Shown in pieces: positions 1 through 9,000 of a stretch of 64,000 nucleotides of DNA. The notes below the pieces were generated by a model. The model was not told the origin of the DNA, searched no databases, and saw nothing but the letters and a program-made list of their open reading frames with translations. The DNA comes from Candidatus Oxydemutator sp. Its GTDB lineage: Bacteria; Pseudomonadota; Gammaproteobacteria; Poriferisulfidales; Oxydemutatoraceae. Positions within the stretch are counted from its first letter, which is position 1. Each line of letters opens with the position of its first letter. A program made the translations under genes and the position numbers. The stretch spans positions 640,001-704,000 of the forward strand of contig OZ241883.1 of the NCBI GenBank assembly GCA_965203445.1, written 5' to 3'.

Positions 1-3000
1 CATACTGCGCCTCCACGGGCGACGACAAACCGCGCGTGTCCGTCGCCACCAACACGAACGTCAGGGTCTCGCTGCTCGCCAACTGCACCGGCGCCACAAA
101 CGTCGTGCTGCGCGCTGCGGCGTCGTGCAACGACACCTGACTCCCGCTGATCTGACGCCAGCCATACACCAGCATCTCGTTCTCCGGATCGCTGCTGCCT
201 GCGCCGTCCAGCGTCACCACCGCGCCCTCGTCCACCATCTGATCGGCGCCCGCGTTCGCCGTCGGCGCGTCGTTCTCGCCCGGGCGCACCTCGACCACCA
301 CCGTGTCCGTGCCCACCGCGTCGCGCTCGTCCGTTACCGTCAACTCGAACACCAGCGTCGCCGTCTCCGCCAACTGCATCGGCGCCGTGAACGTCGCGGT
401 GGCCGTGGCGGTGGTCATGGCGCCTACCGTCTCTCCCGTCAGCGTCACTCGACCGCCGCCGATCTGACGCCAGCCATACGTCAGAACCTCTCTCTCCGGA
501 TCACTGCTGCCGTCGCCGTCCAGCGTTACCACATCGCCCTCGTCCACCACCTGATCATCGCCCGCGTCCGCCAACGGCGCGTCGTTCTCGCCCGCGCGCA
601 CCGTGATCACCACCGTGTTCGTCGTCTGACCGCTCAACTGACGATCCCTCGGCGACGACAACCCGCGCGTGTCCGTCGCCACCAGCACGAACGTCAGGGT
701 CTCGCTGCTCACCAACTGCACCGGCGCCACAAACGTCGTGCTGCGCGCCCCGGCGTCGTGCAACGACACCTGACTGCCGCTGATCTGACGCCAGCCATAC
801 ACCAGCATCTCGTCCTCCGGATCGCTGCCCGCGCCGGCCAGCGTCACCACGTCGCCCTCGTCCACCACCTGATCATCGCCCGCGTCCGCCGTCGGTGCGT
901 CGTTCTCGCCCGGAACCACCTCGACCACCACCGTGGCCGTGCCCGTCGCGTCGCGCGCGTCCGTTACCGTCAACTCGAACACCAGCGTCGCCGTCGCCGC
1001 CAACTGCTCCGGCGCCGTGAACGTCGCGGTTACCGACATCGCGTTCGTCAGCGTGACTCCCCTGCCGCCGACCTGACGCCAGCCATACGTCAACTCCTCT
1101 CTCTCCGGATCCCTGCTGGCTACGCCGTCCAGCGTCACCATCTCGCCCTCGTCCACCACCTGATTGGCGCCCGCGTCCGCCACCGGCGCATCGTTCGCGC
1201 CCGGACGCACCGTGATCACCACCGTGTTCGTCGTCCGATCGCTCAACTGCCGCTCCGCAGGCGACGACAGTCCGCGCGTGTCCGTCGCCACCAACACGAA
1301 CGTCAGGGTCTCGCTGCTCGCCAACTGCACCGGCGCCACAAACGTCGTGCTGCGCGCTGCGGCGTCGTGCAACGACACCTGACTGCCGCTGATCTGACGC
1401 CAGCCATACACCAGCATCTCGTCCTCCGGATCGCTGCCATCGCCGGCCAGCGTCACCACGTCGCCCTCGTCCGCCATCTGGTCGGCGCCCGCGTCCGCCG
1501 TCGGCGCGTCGTTCGGCCCCGCTCGCACCGTGATCACCACCGTGTTCGTCGTCTGACCGCTCAACTGCCGCTCCCTCGGCGACGACAGTCCCCGCGTGTC
1601 CGTCGCCACCAGCACGAACGTCAGGGTCTCGTTGCTCACCAACTGCTCCGGCGCCACAAACGTCGTGCTGCGCGCCCCGGCGTCGTGCAACGACACCTGA
1701 CTTCCGCTGATCTGACGCCAGCCATACACCAGCATCTCGTTCTCCGGATCGCTGCCATCGCCGGCCAGCGTTACCACGTCGCCCTCGTCCACCATCTGGT
1801 CGGCGCCCGCGTCCGCCGTCGGCGCGTCGTTCTCGCCCGGTCGCACCGTGATCACTACCGTGTTCGTCGTCTGACCGCTCAACTGCCGTTCCGCAGGCGA
1901 CGACAGTCCCCGCGTGTCCGTCGCCACCAGCACGAACGTCAGGGTCTCGCTGCTCGCCAACTGCACTGGCGCCACAAACGTCGTGCGACGCGCTGCGGCG
2001 TCGTGCAACGACACCTGACTTCCGCTGATCTGACGCCAGCCATACACCAGCATCTCGTTCTCCGGATCCCTGCCTACGCCGTCCAGCGTCACCACGTCGC
2101 CCTCGTCCACTACCTGGTCGGCGCCCGCATCCGCTACCGGCGCGTCGTTCTCGCCCGGCAACACCTCGACCGACACCTCGGCAGACGAACTCGCATCGCG
2201 CCTGTCCGTCACCGTCAGACGGAACACCAGCGTCGCCGTCTCCGCCAACTGCTCCGGCGCCGTGAACGTCGCCACCGACGACGTCGGATTGCCCAAACCC
2301 ACGTCGCCACCACCGATCTGTTCCCATCTGTACGACAATACGCCGCCCTCGGCGTCCGTCGCACTGCCGCGCAGCGTGACCTCCGCCCCTTCGTCCACCA
2401 CTTGATCGGAACCGGCATCCACCACCGGCGGCGTGTTCGTCTCCAACTCCACCCGAACCACCACCAGCGCGGTCGTCGCCAGACCGCGCTCGTCCGTCGC
2501 TCTCAACGCAAATCCCAGCACCGCCGCCTCCGCCAGACCCGACGGCGACGTGAACGTCGCCACCGACGACGTCGCACCGGACAACACCACCGTCGGCTGA
2601 CCGCTGGTCTGGCTCCATTGATACCTCAACATCTCGTTCTCCGGATCGAACGCCACCCCGCGCAGCACCACTTCCTCGCCTTCGCCCACTATCTGGTTCC
2701 GCCCCGCGCTCACCACCGGCGCGTCGTTCGGCCCCGGCAACACCTCGACCGACACCTCGGCCGACGAACTCGCATTGCGCCCGTCCGTCACCGTCAGACG
2801 GAACACCAGCGTCGCCGTCTCCGCCAACTGCATCGGCGCCGTGAACGTCGCGGTTACCGACTGCGCGTTCGTCAGCGTGACTCCCCTGCCGCTGACCTGA
2901 CGCCAGTCATATCCCAACTCCTCTCTCTCCGGATCGCTGCTGCCGGTGCCGTCCAGCGTTACCACCTCGCCCTCGCCCACCACCTGATCGGCGCCCGCGT

Positions 3001-4880
3001 CCGCCGTCGGCGCGTCGTTCTCGCCCGGCACCACCTCGACCACCACCGTGTCCGTGCCCACCGCGTCGCGCGCGTCCGTTACCGTCAACTCGAACACCAG
3101 CGTCGCCGTCTCCGCCAACTGCATCGGCGCCGTGAACGTCGCGGTGGTCCTGGAACCTATCGTCGCTCCCGTCAGCGTTACTCGACCGCCGCCGATCTGA
3201 CGCCAGCCATACCGCAACTCCTCTCTCTCCGGATCCCTGCTGCCGTCGCCGTCCAGCGTTACCATCTCGCCCTCGTCCACCACCTGATCATCGCCCGCGT
3301 CCGCTATCGGCGCGTCGTTCTCGCCCGCGCGCACCGTGATCACCACCGTGTTCGTCGTCTGACCGCTCAACTGCCGCTCTCTCGGCGACGACAAGCCGCG
3401 CGTGTCCGTCGCCACCAGCACGAACGTCAGGGTCTCGCTGCTCACCAACTGCACCGGCGCCAGGAACGTCGTGCTGCGCGCTGCGACGTCGTGCAACGAC
3501 ACCTGACTGCCGCTGATCTGACGCCAGCCATACACCAGCATCTCGTCCTCCGGATCGCTGCCATCGCCGGCCAGCGTCACCAACTGGCCCTCGTCCACCA
3601 CCTGGTCGGCGCCCGCGTCCGCTACCGGCGCGTCATTCTCGCCCGGGCGCACCGTGATCACCACCGTGTTCGTTGTCCGATCGCTCAACTGACGTTCCAC
3701 GGGCGACGACAGACCCCGCGTGTCCGTCGCCACCAGCACGAACGTCAGGGTCTCGCTGCTCGCCAACTGCACCGGCGCCAGGAACGTCGTGCTGCGCGCT
3801 GCGGCGTCGTGCAACGACACCTGACTGCCGCTGATCTGACGCCAGCCATACACCAGCATCTCGTCCTCCGGATCGCTGCCATCGCCGGCCAGCGTCACCA
3901 ACTGGCCCTCGTCCACCACCTGGTCGGCGCCCGCGTCCGCGACCGGCGCGCCGTTCTCGCCCGCGCGCACCGTGATCACCACCGTGTTCGTCGTCTGACC
4001 GCTCAACTGCCGCTCCCTCGGCGACGACAGTCCCCGCGTGTCCGTCGCCACCAGCACGAACGTCAGGGTCTCGCTGCTCGCCAACTGCACCGGCGCCAGG
4101 AACGTCGTGCTGCGCGCTGCGGCGTCGTGCAACGACACCTGACTGCCGCTGATCTGACGCCAGCCATACACCAGCATCTCGTTCTCCGGATCGCTGCCAT
4201 CGCCGGCCAGCGTCACCAACTGGCCCTCGTCCACCACCTGGTCGGCGCCCGCGTCCGCCGTCGGCGCGTCGTTCACGCCCGGTCGCACCGTGATCACCAC
4301 CGTGTTCGTTGTCCGATCGCTCAACTGACGTTCCACGGGCGACGACAGACCCCGCGTGTCCGTCGCCACCAGCACGAACGTCAGGGTCTCGCTGCTCGCC
4401 AACTGCACCGGCGCCAGGAACGTCGTGCTGCGCGCTGCGGCGTCGTGCAACGACACCTGACTGCCGCTGATCTGACGCCAGCCATACACCAGCATCTCGT
4501 TCTCCGGATCGCTGCCATCGCCGGCCAGCGTCACCAACTGGCCCTCGTCCACCACCTGGTCGGCGCCCGCGTCCGCCGTCGGCGCGTCGTTCTCGCCCGG
4601 TCGCACCGCGACCACTACCGTAGCCGTGCCCGTCGCGTCGCGCGCGTCCGTTACCGTCAACTCGAACACCAGCGTCGCCGTCGCCGCCAACTGCACCGGC
4701 GCCGTGAACGTCGCCACCGACGACGTCGGATTCCCCAAAACCACGTCGCCACCGCCGATCTGGCGCCAGCCGTACCTCAGCGGCTCGTTGTGCGAACTGC
4801 TGCTCGCGGCGCCGTCCAAAGTCACCACGGCGCCCTCGGACACGGTCTGATCAGGCCCGGCGTGCGCCGTCGGCGCGACC
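1..4880 (-). repeat. Intragenic tandem array of ~16 PKD-like domains (290-318 bp units)
   Basis: NDA/NT boundary markers lie near 4584, 4266, 3948, 3630, 3312, 3012, 2721, 2432, 2142, 1824, 1506, 1188, 897, 579 and 267. The main unit type has an exact 318 bp period. Confidence 0.88.
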
Positions 4881-4972
4881 GCTTCCTGGGCGGACACGGT
4901 AGCGACAACGGACAACCCTAATAGCAATAACAGACTACGCACGCACCCCCCCCCCCCCCCCCCCCCCCCCAT
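1..4972 (-). CDS. Giant secreted PKD/K319L-like repeat protein (gene D), running off the window start; >=1,657 aa
   Basis: Manual translation from ATG at 4972 gives MGGGGGGGGCVRSLLLLLGLSVVATVSAQEAVAPTAHAGPDQTVSEGAVVTLDG... The same frame reads ...FVLVATDTRGLSSPVEAQY at positions 4-2. It is probably missing from the ORF track because it has no stop inside the window. An in-frame upstream ATG at 5116 is an alternative start. About 16 Ig-like repeats follow the pattern NDAPxAxAGxDQxVxEG..VTLxG..SDPE..LxYxWRQ. Confidence 0.9.
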   Translation of the reverse strand, partial: MGGGGGGGGCVRSLLLLLGLSVVATVSAQEAVAPTAHAGPDQTVSEGAVVTLDGAASSSSHNEPLRYGWRQIGGGDVVLGNPTSSVATFTAPVQLAATATLVFELTVTDARDATGTATVVVAVRPGENDAPTADAGADQVVDEGQLVTLAGDGSDPENEMLVYGWRQISGSQVSLHDAAARSTTFLAPVQLASSETLTFVLVATDTRGLSSPVERQLSDRTTNTVVITVRPGVNDAPTADAGADQVVDEGQLVTLAGDGSDPENEMLVYGWRQISGSQVSLHDAAARSTTFLAPVQLASSETLTFVLVATDTRGLSSPRERQLSGQTTNTVVITVRAGENGAPVADAGADQVVDEGQLVTLAGDGSDPEDEMLVYGWRQISGSQVSLHDAAARSTTFLAPVQLASSETLTFVLVATDTRGLSSPVERQLSDRTTNTVVITVRPGENDAPVADAGADQVVDEGQLVTLAGDGSDPEDEMLVYGWRQISGSQVSLHDVAARSTTFLAPVQLVSSETLTFVLVATDTRGLSSPRERQLSGQTTNTVVITVRAGENDAPIADAGDDQVVDEGEMVTLDGDGSRDPEREELRYGWRQIGGGRVTLTGATIGSRTTATFTAPMQLAETATLVFELTVTDARDAVGTDTVVVEVVPGENDAPTADAGADQVVGEGEVVTLDGTGSSDPEREELGYDWRQVSGRGVTLTNAQSVTATFTAPMQLAETATLVFRLTVTDGRNASSSAEVSVEVLPGPNDAPVVSAGRNQIVGEGEEVVLRGVAFDPENEMLRYQWSQTSGQPTVVLSGATSSVATFTSPSGLAEAAVLGFALRATDERGLATTALVVVRVELETNTPPVVDAGSDQVVDEGAEVTLRGSATDAEGGVLSYRWEQIGGGDVGLGNPTSSVATFTAPEQLAETATLVFRLTVTDRRDASSSAEVSVEVLPGENDAPVADAGADQVVDEGDVVTLDGVGRDPENEMLVYGWRQISGSQVSLHDAAARRTTFVAPVQLASSETLTFVLVATDTRGLSSPAERQLSGQTTNTVVITVRPGENDAPTADAGADQMVDEGDVVTLAGDGSDPENEMLVYGWRQISGSQVSLHDAGARSTTFVAPEQLVSNETLTFVLVATDTRGLSSPRERQLSGQTTNTVVITVRAGPNDAPTADAGADQMADEGDVVTLAGDGSDPEDEMLVYGWRQISGSQVSLHDAAARSTTFVAPVQLASSETLTFVLVATDTRGLSSPAERQLSDRTTNTVVITVRPGANDAPVADAGANQVVDEGEMVTLDGVASRDPEREELTYGWRQVGGRGVTLTNAMSVTATFTAPEQLAATATLVFELTVTDARDATGTATVVVEVVPGENDAPTADAGDDQVVDEGDVVTLAGAGSDPEDEMLVYGWRQISGSQVSLHDAGARSTTFVAPVQLVSSETLTFVLVATDTRGLSSPRDRQLSGQTTNTVVITVRAGENDAPLADAGDDQVVDEGDVVTLDGDGSSDPEREVLTYGWRQIGGGRVTLTGETVGAMTTATATATFTAPMQLAETATLVFELTVTDERDAVGTDTVVVEVRPGENDAPTANAGADQMVDEGAVVTLDGAGSSDPENEMLVYGWRQISGSQVSLHDAAARSTTFVAPVQLASSETLTFVLVATDTRGLSSPVEAQY
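4946..4970 (-). repeat. G25 homopolymer (C25 on + strand) at the start of gene D; candidate slipped-strand phase-variation tract
   Basis: 25 consecutive C at 4946-4970. On the minus strand this reads ATG + 24 G (8 Gly) + TGC GTG CGT, which is in frame (ON). Confidence 0.85.
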
Positions 4973-5172
4973 CACAAACCGCCGAGCGTTCACGCTTTCG
5001 CGCACTTTCTCGTGACCGGCGGCAACGCGTCGGGAGCAGTCGCTTGCGACAAGATAGATGCAGGTGCGCCCGATACGGACGGCACGCGCCCTAAGGCCAG
5101 GGAAAGGAAATACCATGCTAGTAGGGAACTGTAGGCTATACGCCCTGATCCATGAGAATGGGCGATTGAGGA

Positions 5173-5201
5173 ATTATATCAAGCAATTAGATCAATTCCA
5201 T
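5173..5201 (-). promoter_or_regulatory. Sigma70-type extended -10 promoter for gene D
   Basis: Minus-strand TGATATAAT at 5181-5173 matches the TGnTATAAT consensus perfectly and lies in the only AT-rich intergenic stretch. The -35 at 17 bp spacing (ATGGAA) is weak. Confidence 0.65.
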
Positions 5202-5227
5202 TCCGACTCCTGACAGATGAATACAAG

Positions 5228-5281
5228 TTATTGTTCTCTCTTACTTTTATAATCATTACAGGAAACGACCAAGCCGGCCAT
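5228..5281 (-). other. 17-codon mini-ORF MAGLVVSCNDYKSKREQ, positional equivalent of the MAGF... starts of genes B and C
   Basis: TAG-GCA-ATGGCCGG follows gene C, compared with TAG-ACA-ATGGCCGG after genes A and B. Here the frame stops at TAA 5230-5228. Translation is unproven. Confidence 0.3.
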
Positions 5282-5284
5282 TGC

Positions 5285-6075
5285 CTAATGCACCGAAAAC
5301 ATCCTGCGCCGACCCTCGTTCTCTATCACGAAATACCGATCGGCGGACAACACCTCGCCGTCAAAGTCCACGTCCGCGTCCACCGCGTAATGGCCGGCCG
5401 CGGCCGCGGCGCGGTAGTCGCCCGCACCCAACGACGACAAGTTGTACACGCGTATCAATACTTCGTCCCGTTCATCAATCACGCCGTTTCGATCCACGTC
5501 GCCCGCGACCATCGCATACACGCCCGCCCCCACTGCAATCTGCCCGCCCCCGTGCGACTGCCCGACGCGGAAGTCCACGCAGTAGTCCGCCTCGCAACCG
5601 GCGCCCGTGGTCGCGGCCGCCGGTATCGCCGACATCACCGACAGATGGTTGCGGTGGTGGATCAGCACGTACAGGTCCTCCCCTTCGGACAGCTCCGCCT
5701 CAAAGCGCACGCCGCCCAATGACAGCGCGTCCGCCACCGACGACGCCGCCTCGTTTATCCCCACGATGCGACCGTCGCTCAACAGCAGACCCGCGGCGCG
5801 ACCGCCCGTCGGCGGCCGCGACGACGCGGCCGCGGTCGTGTTCTGGCCGGTGCGCAACTCCACCAGCACCCAGTCCACTATCGTCGAGGTGACACTGGCC
5901 AGGCCGACCGCCGCGCCCGCGTGCGGCACCGTCGTCGTCACCGGGTGCTCCCACGGCAACGCGCCGTACGGCTGGCGCCTCGGCAACAGACCCGCCAAGT
6001 CGCTCCTCATCCGACCGGCCCCGGCAAGCAACGCCCCCTGCAAAACCACTCGCGCGTCCACCACTACGACCCTCT
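5285..6075 (-). other. Conserved C-terminal domain of gene C (HRNH motif plus paired dockerin/EF-hand-like loops)
   Basis: RVVLQGAL...IVDWVLVELR...YVLIHHRNHLSVMS...GDVDRNGVIDERD...DVDFDGEVLSAD. Homologues end genes B (~36908-37690) and A (~47474-48265). Confidence 0.75.
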
Positions 6076-9000
6076 CGCTGAAAATGCCAACGTCCGCAAA
6101 CGACGGCGTCCCCAGCTCCGCCAGATGGGTGACGCAATTCGGGCAGCCCGTCAGCCTCAAACGAAACCGCTCGCGGCCCTCATCCCCGATACCGTCGCTC
6201 GGCACGCCCACCTCTATCCTCGCCACACCCGCCTCATTCAGCACCACGCTCCCGGTAAACGGCAGCGAAACCACCGAGCGCACGCCGGCGGCGCCGCGCC
6301 CCGCTACGTGCACCGCGGCCAGGTCCTCGTGCGTCAAACCCTCGGACGCGGCGGCAATCTCATAGTCCACGACCACCGCACGATCACCGCCGCCACTCAA
6401 CGCGATCGTGAACGTCGCGGTAGTGCTTTCGCTCACCGTCGCGGACGTCGCCGCCACCGTCACCTGACTCAGCTCATTGGCCTCTATCGTCGTGCGCGCA
6501 ACGGTGCTCGGCACGCCTAAAACCACGCGCGCGGGCGCCCCCGTGAGCCTCGCGCCCGTCAACGTCACCGCCAGCACCTCGGACAGCTCGGGCTCGCCGT
6601 CCACGCGCACCCTCAACGAAAACGACGCACTGACGGCGCCCGATTCGATGACCACGCTGCTCGCGGTCACGCCGATAAAGTCGTCGGCGTCGGCTTCGCC
6701 GCCGCCCACCGACCAATCCCAACGCACGCTCACCCCCGGCGGCAAGGCCTGCGGCAAGCGCACCACGTAACTCGCGGTGCCGCCTTCCGACACCGTCTCG
6801 CTGCCGGCGAGCGTCGGTGCAAGACTCACCGCCGGCTGCGCCTCCCGCTGCGACGTGCGACGCGCCTGCATCGTTTCGGTAGAACCGCCGAACACCAGCA
6901 CCGGGTAATCGAACACGCTGCCGAAGTCCCACGGCGCGTCGTCGTTCAAGTCGCCGTCGCGTCCCCGATCCAAGCCGTCCACGTTCAACTGATCCCAACC
7001 CGCGTAGATCGTGCCCGCGGTCGTCGTCGGGACGCGCAACTCGCTCGACGTCTTCGAGGTGTCGTCCGAACTCGGCGCATTCGTTCCGCAGCAACGGCTC
7101 AAGCCGCTGCGCTCGGCGTCAAAATAACTCGACTCCACCACGGCGCCGACTACCCGGTTGCCTATCAGACCGCCGGCCGTGGCCGTCCCCGTCGTTACCC
7201 CGACCGAGTAGCTGGCGCTGACCACCGACGCGCCGCCGGCTTCGCCCACCAGACCGCCCGCGTTGCTTTCCTCTGCATGCACTCCCACGTCGGCGTAACT
7301 CGCCACCAGCCCGCCGTAATGACCCCCTATCAAACCGCCCACCCCCGAGGCGCCGGATATGCGACCGCCGATCACGTAACTCGCCGCCACCTTGCCCTCG
7401 TTGCGGCCCACCAGCGCACCGGTATAGGTGCTGCTGCGGCCCAAGTCCACCCGCGCGTTGCGCAAGCCCACGTTGCGGATCACGCCGGCGGCGCCGACGG
7501 CGCCGAACAAACCCACGTGATACCGCTGCCCGTTTCCGGTCATCGTCAGATTGTTGATGACGCGGCCGTTGCCTTCAAAAACAGCGGTGTAAGAATCCAC
7601 CGGATATTCCACCCCCGAGCCCCCGCCTATCGGCGTCCAGTCCGCTACGTCGGACAAGTCCAGGTCGCCCGACAACTCGTAGCCGGTGCACGTGCTCGGA
7701 CAGGTCCGTTTCTCGTCGAAAAAGGGAAACGCCGCATAATAAGCGGATTTGTTAGTCTTGCCCACGCCCGCCAACCCGACACCGCCCAGGTCGTAGCGGA
7801 TCGCTGCCAACTGCGACGTCGTCTCCACGTCTATCAAGGTATCGCCGTCGCCGTTGTAGATTGTTTCGTCGCTCGCCTCGATGATGGTCCTGACGGAAAC
7901 CGGCATGCCCAGATCCACGCCGCGCGCGGGCGCCCCCGTGAGCCTCGCGCCCGTCAACGTCACCACCAGCACTTCGGAAAACTCGGGCTCGTCGTCGTCG
8001 CGCACCCCCACCGAAAACGACGCGCTGACGGCGCCCGAGACGATGGCCACGCTGCTCGCAGTCACGCCGACAAAGTCGTCGGCGTCGACTTCGCCGCCGC
8101 CCACCGACCAATCCCAACGCACGCTCACCCCCGGCGGCAAGGCCTGCGGCAAGCGCACCACGTAACTCGCGGTGCCGCCTTCCGACACCGTCTCGCTGCC
8201 GGTGAGCGTCGGTGCAAGACTCACCGCCGGCTGCGCCTCCCGCTGCGACGTGCGACGCGCCGCCTCCGTGTCGGTAGCGCCGCCGAACACCAGCACCGGG
8301 TAATCAAACACGCTGCCGAAGTCCCACGGACTGTCGTCGTTCAAATCGCCGTCGCCTCTCCGATCCAAGCCGTCCACGTCCAACTGGTCCCAACCGGCGT
8401 AGATCGTGCCCGCGGCCGTCGTCGGGACACGCAACTCGCTCGACGTCTTCGAGGTGTCGTCCGAACTCGGCGCATTCGTTCCGCAGCAACGGCTCAGACC
8501 GCTGCGCTCGGCGTCAAAATAACTCGACTCCACCACGGCGCTGACTACCCGGTTGCCTATCAGACCGCCGACCGTGGCCGTCCCCGTCGTTACCCCGACC
8601 GAGTAGCTGGCGCTGACCACCGACGCGCCGCCGGCTTCGCCCACCAGACCGCCCGCGTTGCTTTCCTCCGCATGCACCTCCACGTCTGCGTAACTCGCGA
8701 CCAAACTGCCGTAATGACCCCCTATCAAACCGCCCACCCCGGATGCGCCGGATATGCGACCGCCACTGACGTAACTCGCCGCCACCTTGCCCTCGTTGCG
8801 ACCCACCAGCGCACCGGTATAGGTGCTGCTGCGACCCAAGACCACCCGCGCGTTGCGCAAACCCACGTTGCGGATCGCGCCGTCGGCGCCGACGGCGCCG
8901 AACAAACCCACGTGATACCGCTGCCCGTTTCCGGTCATCGTCAGATTGCTGATGACGCGGCCGTTGCCTTCAAAAACGGCGGTGTAATAATCTACTGGAG

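Noticed and set aside
873-2618. Alternate-frame minus-strand ORFs (Arg/Gly-rich) here and throughout the window
   Set aside because: Off-frame readings of GC-rich coding sequence nested inside the giant genes.
125-4921. 1,598 aa plus-strand ORF, and the other long Arg/His-rich plus-strand ORFs (e.g. 10067-13492, 26168-28723, 31901-34534)
   Set aside because: These are antisense shadows of the real minus-strand genes. They mirror the repeat period, have implausible composition and lack recognisable motifs.
5200-5284. Intrinsic terminator after gene C
   Set aside because: No convincing GC stem-loop followed by a U tract on the minus strand.
4973-5284. Invertible promoter, IS remnant or tRNA in the only long intergenic region
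   Set aside because: No flanking inverted repeats, recombinase or transposase, or cloverleaf structure were seen.
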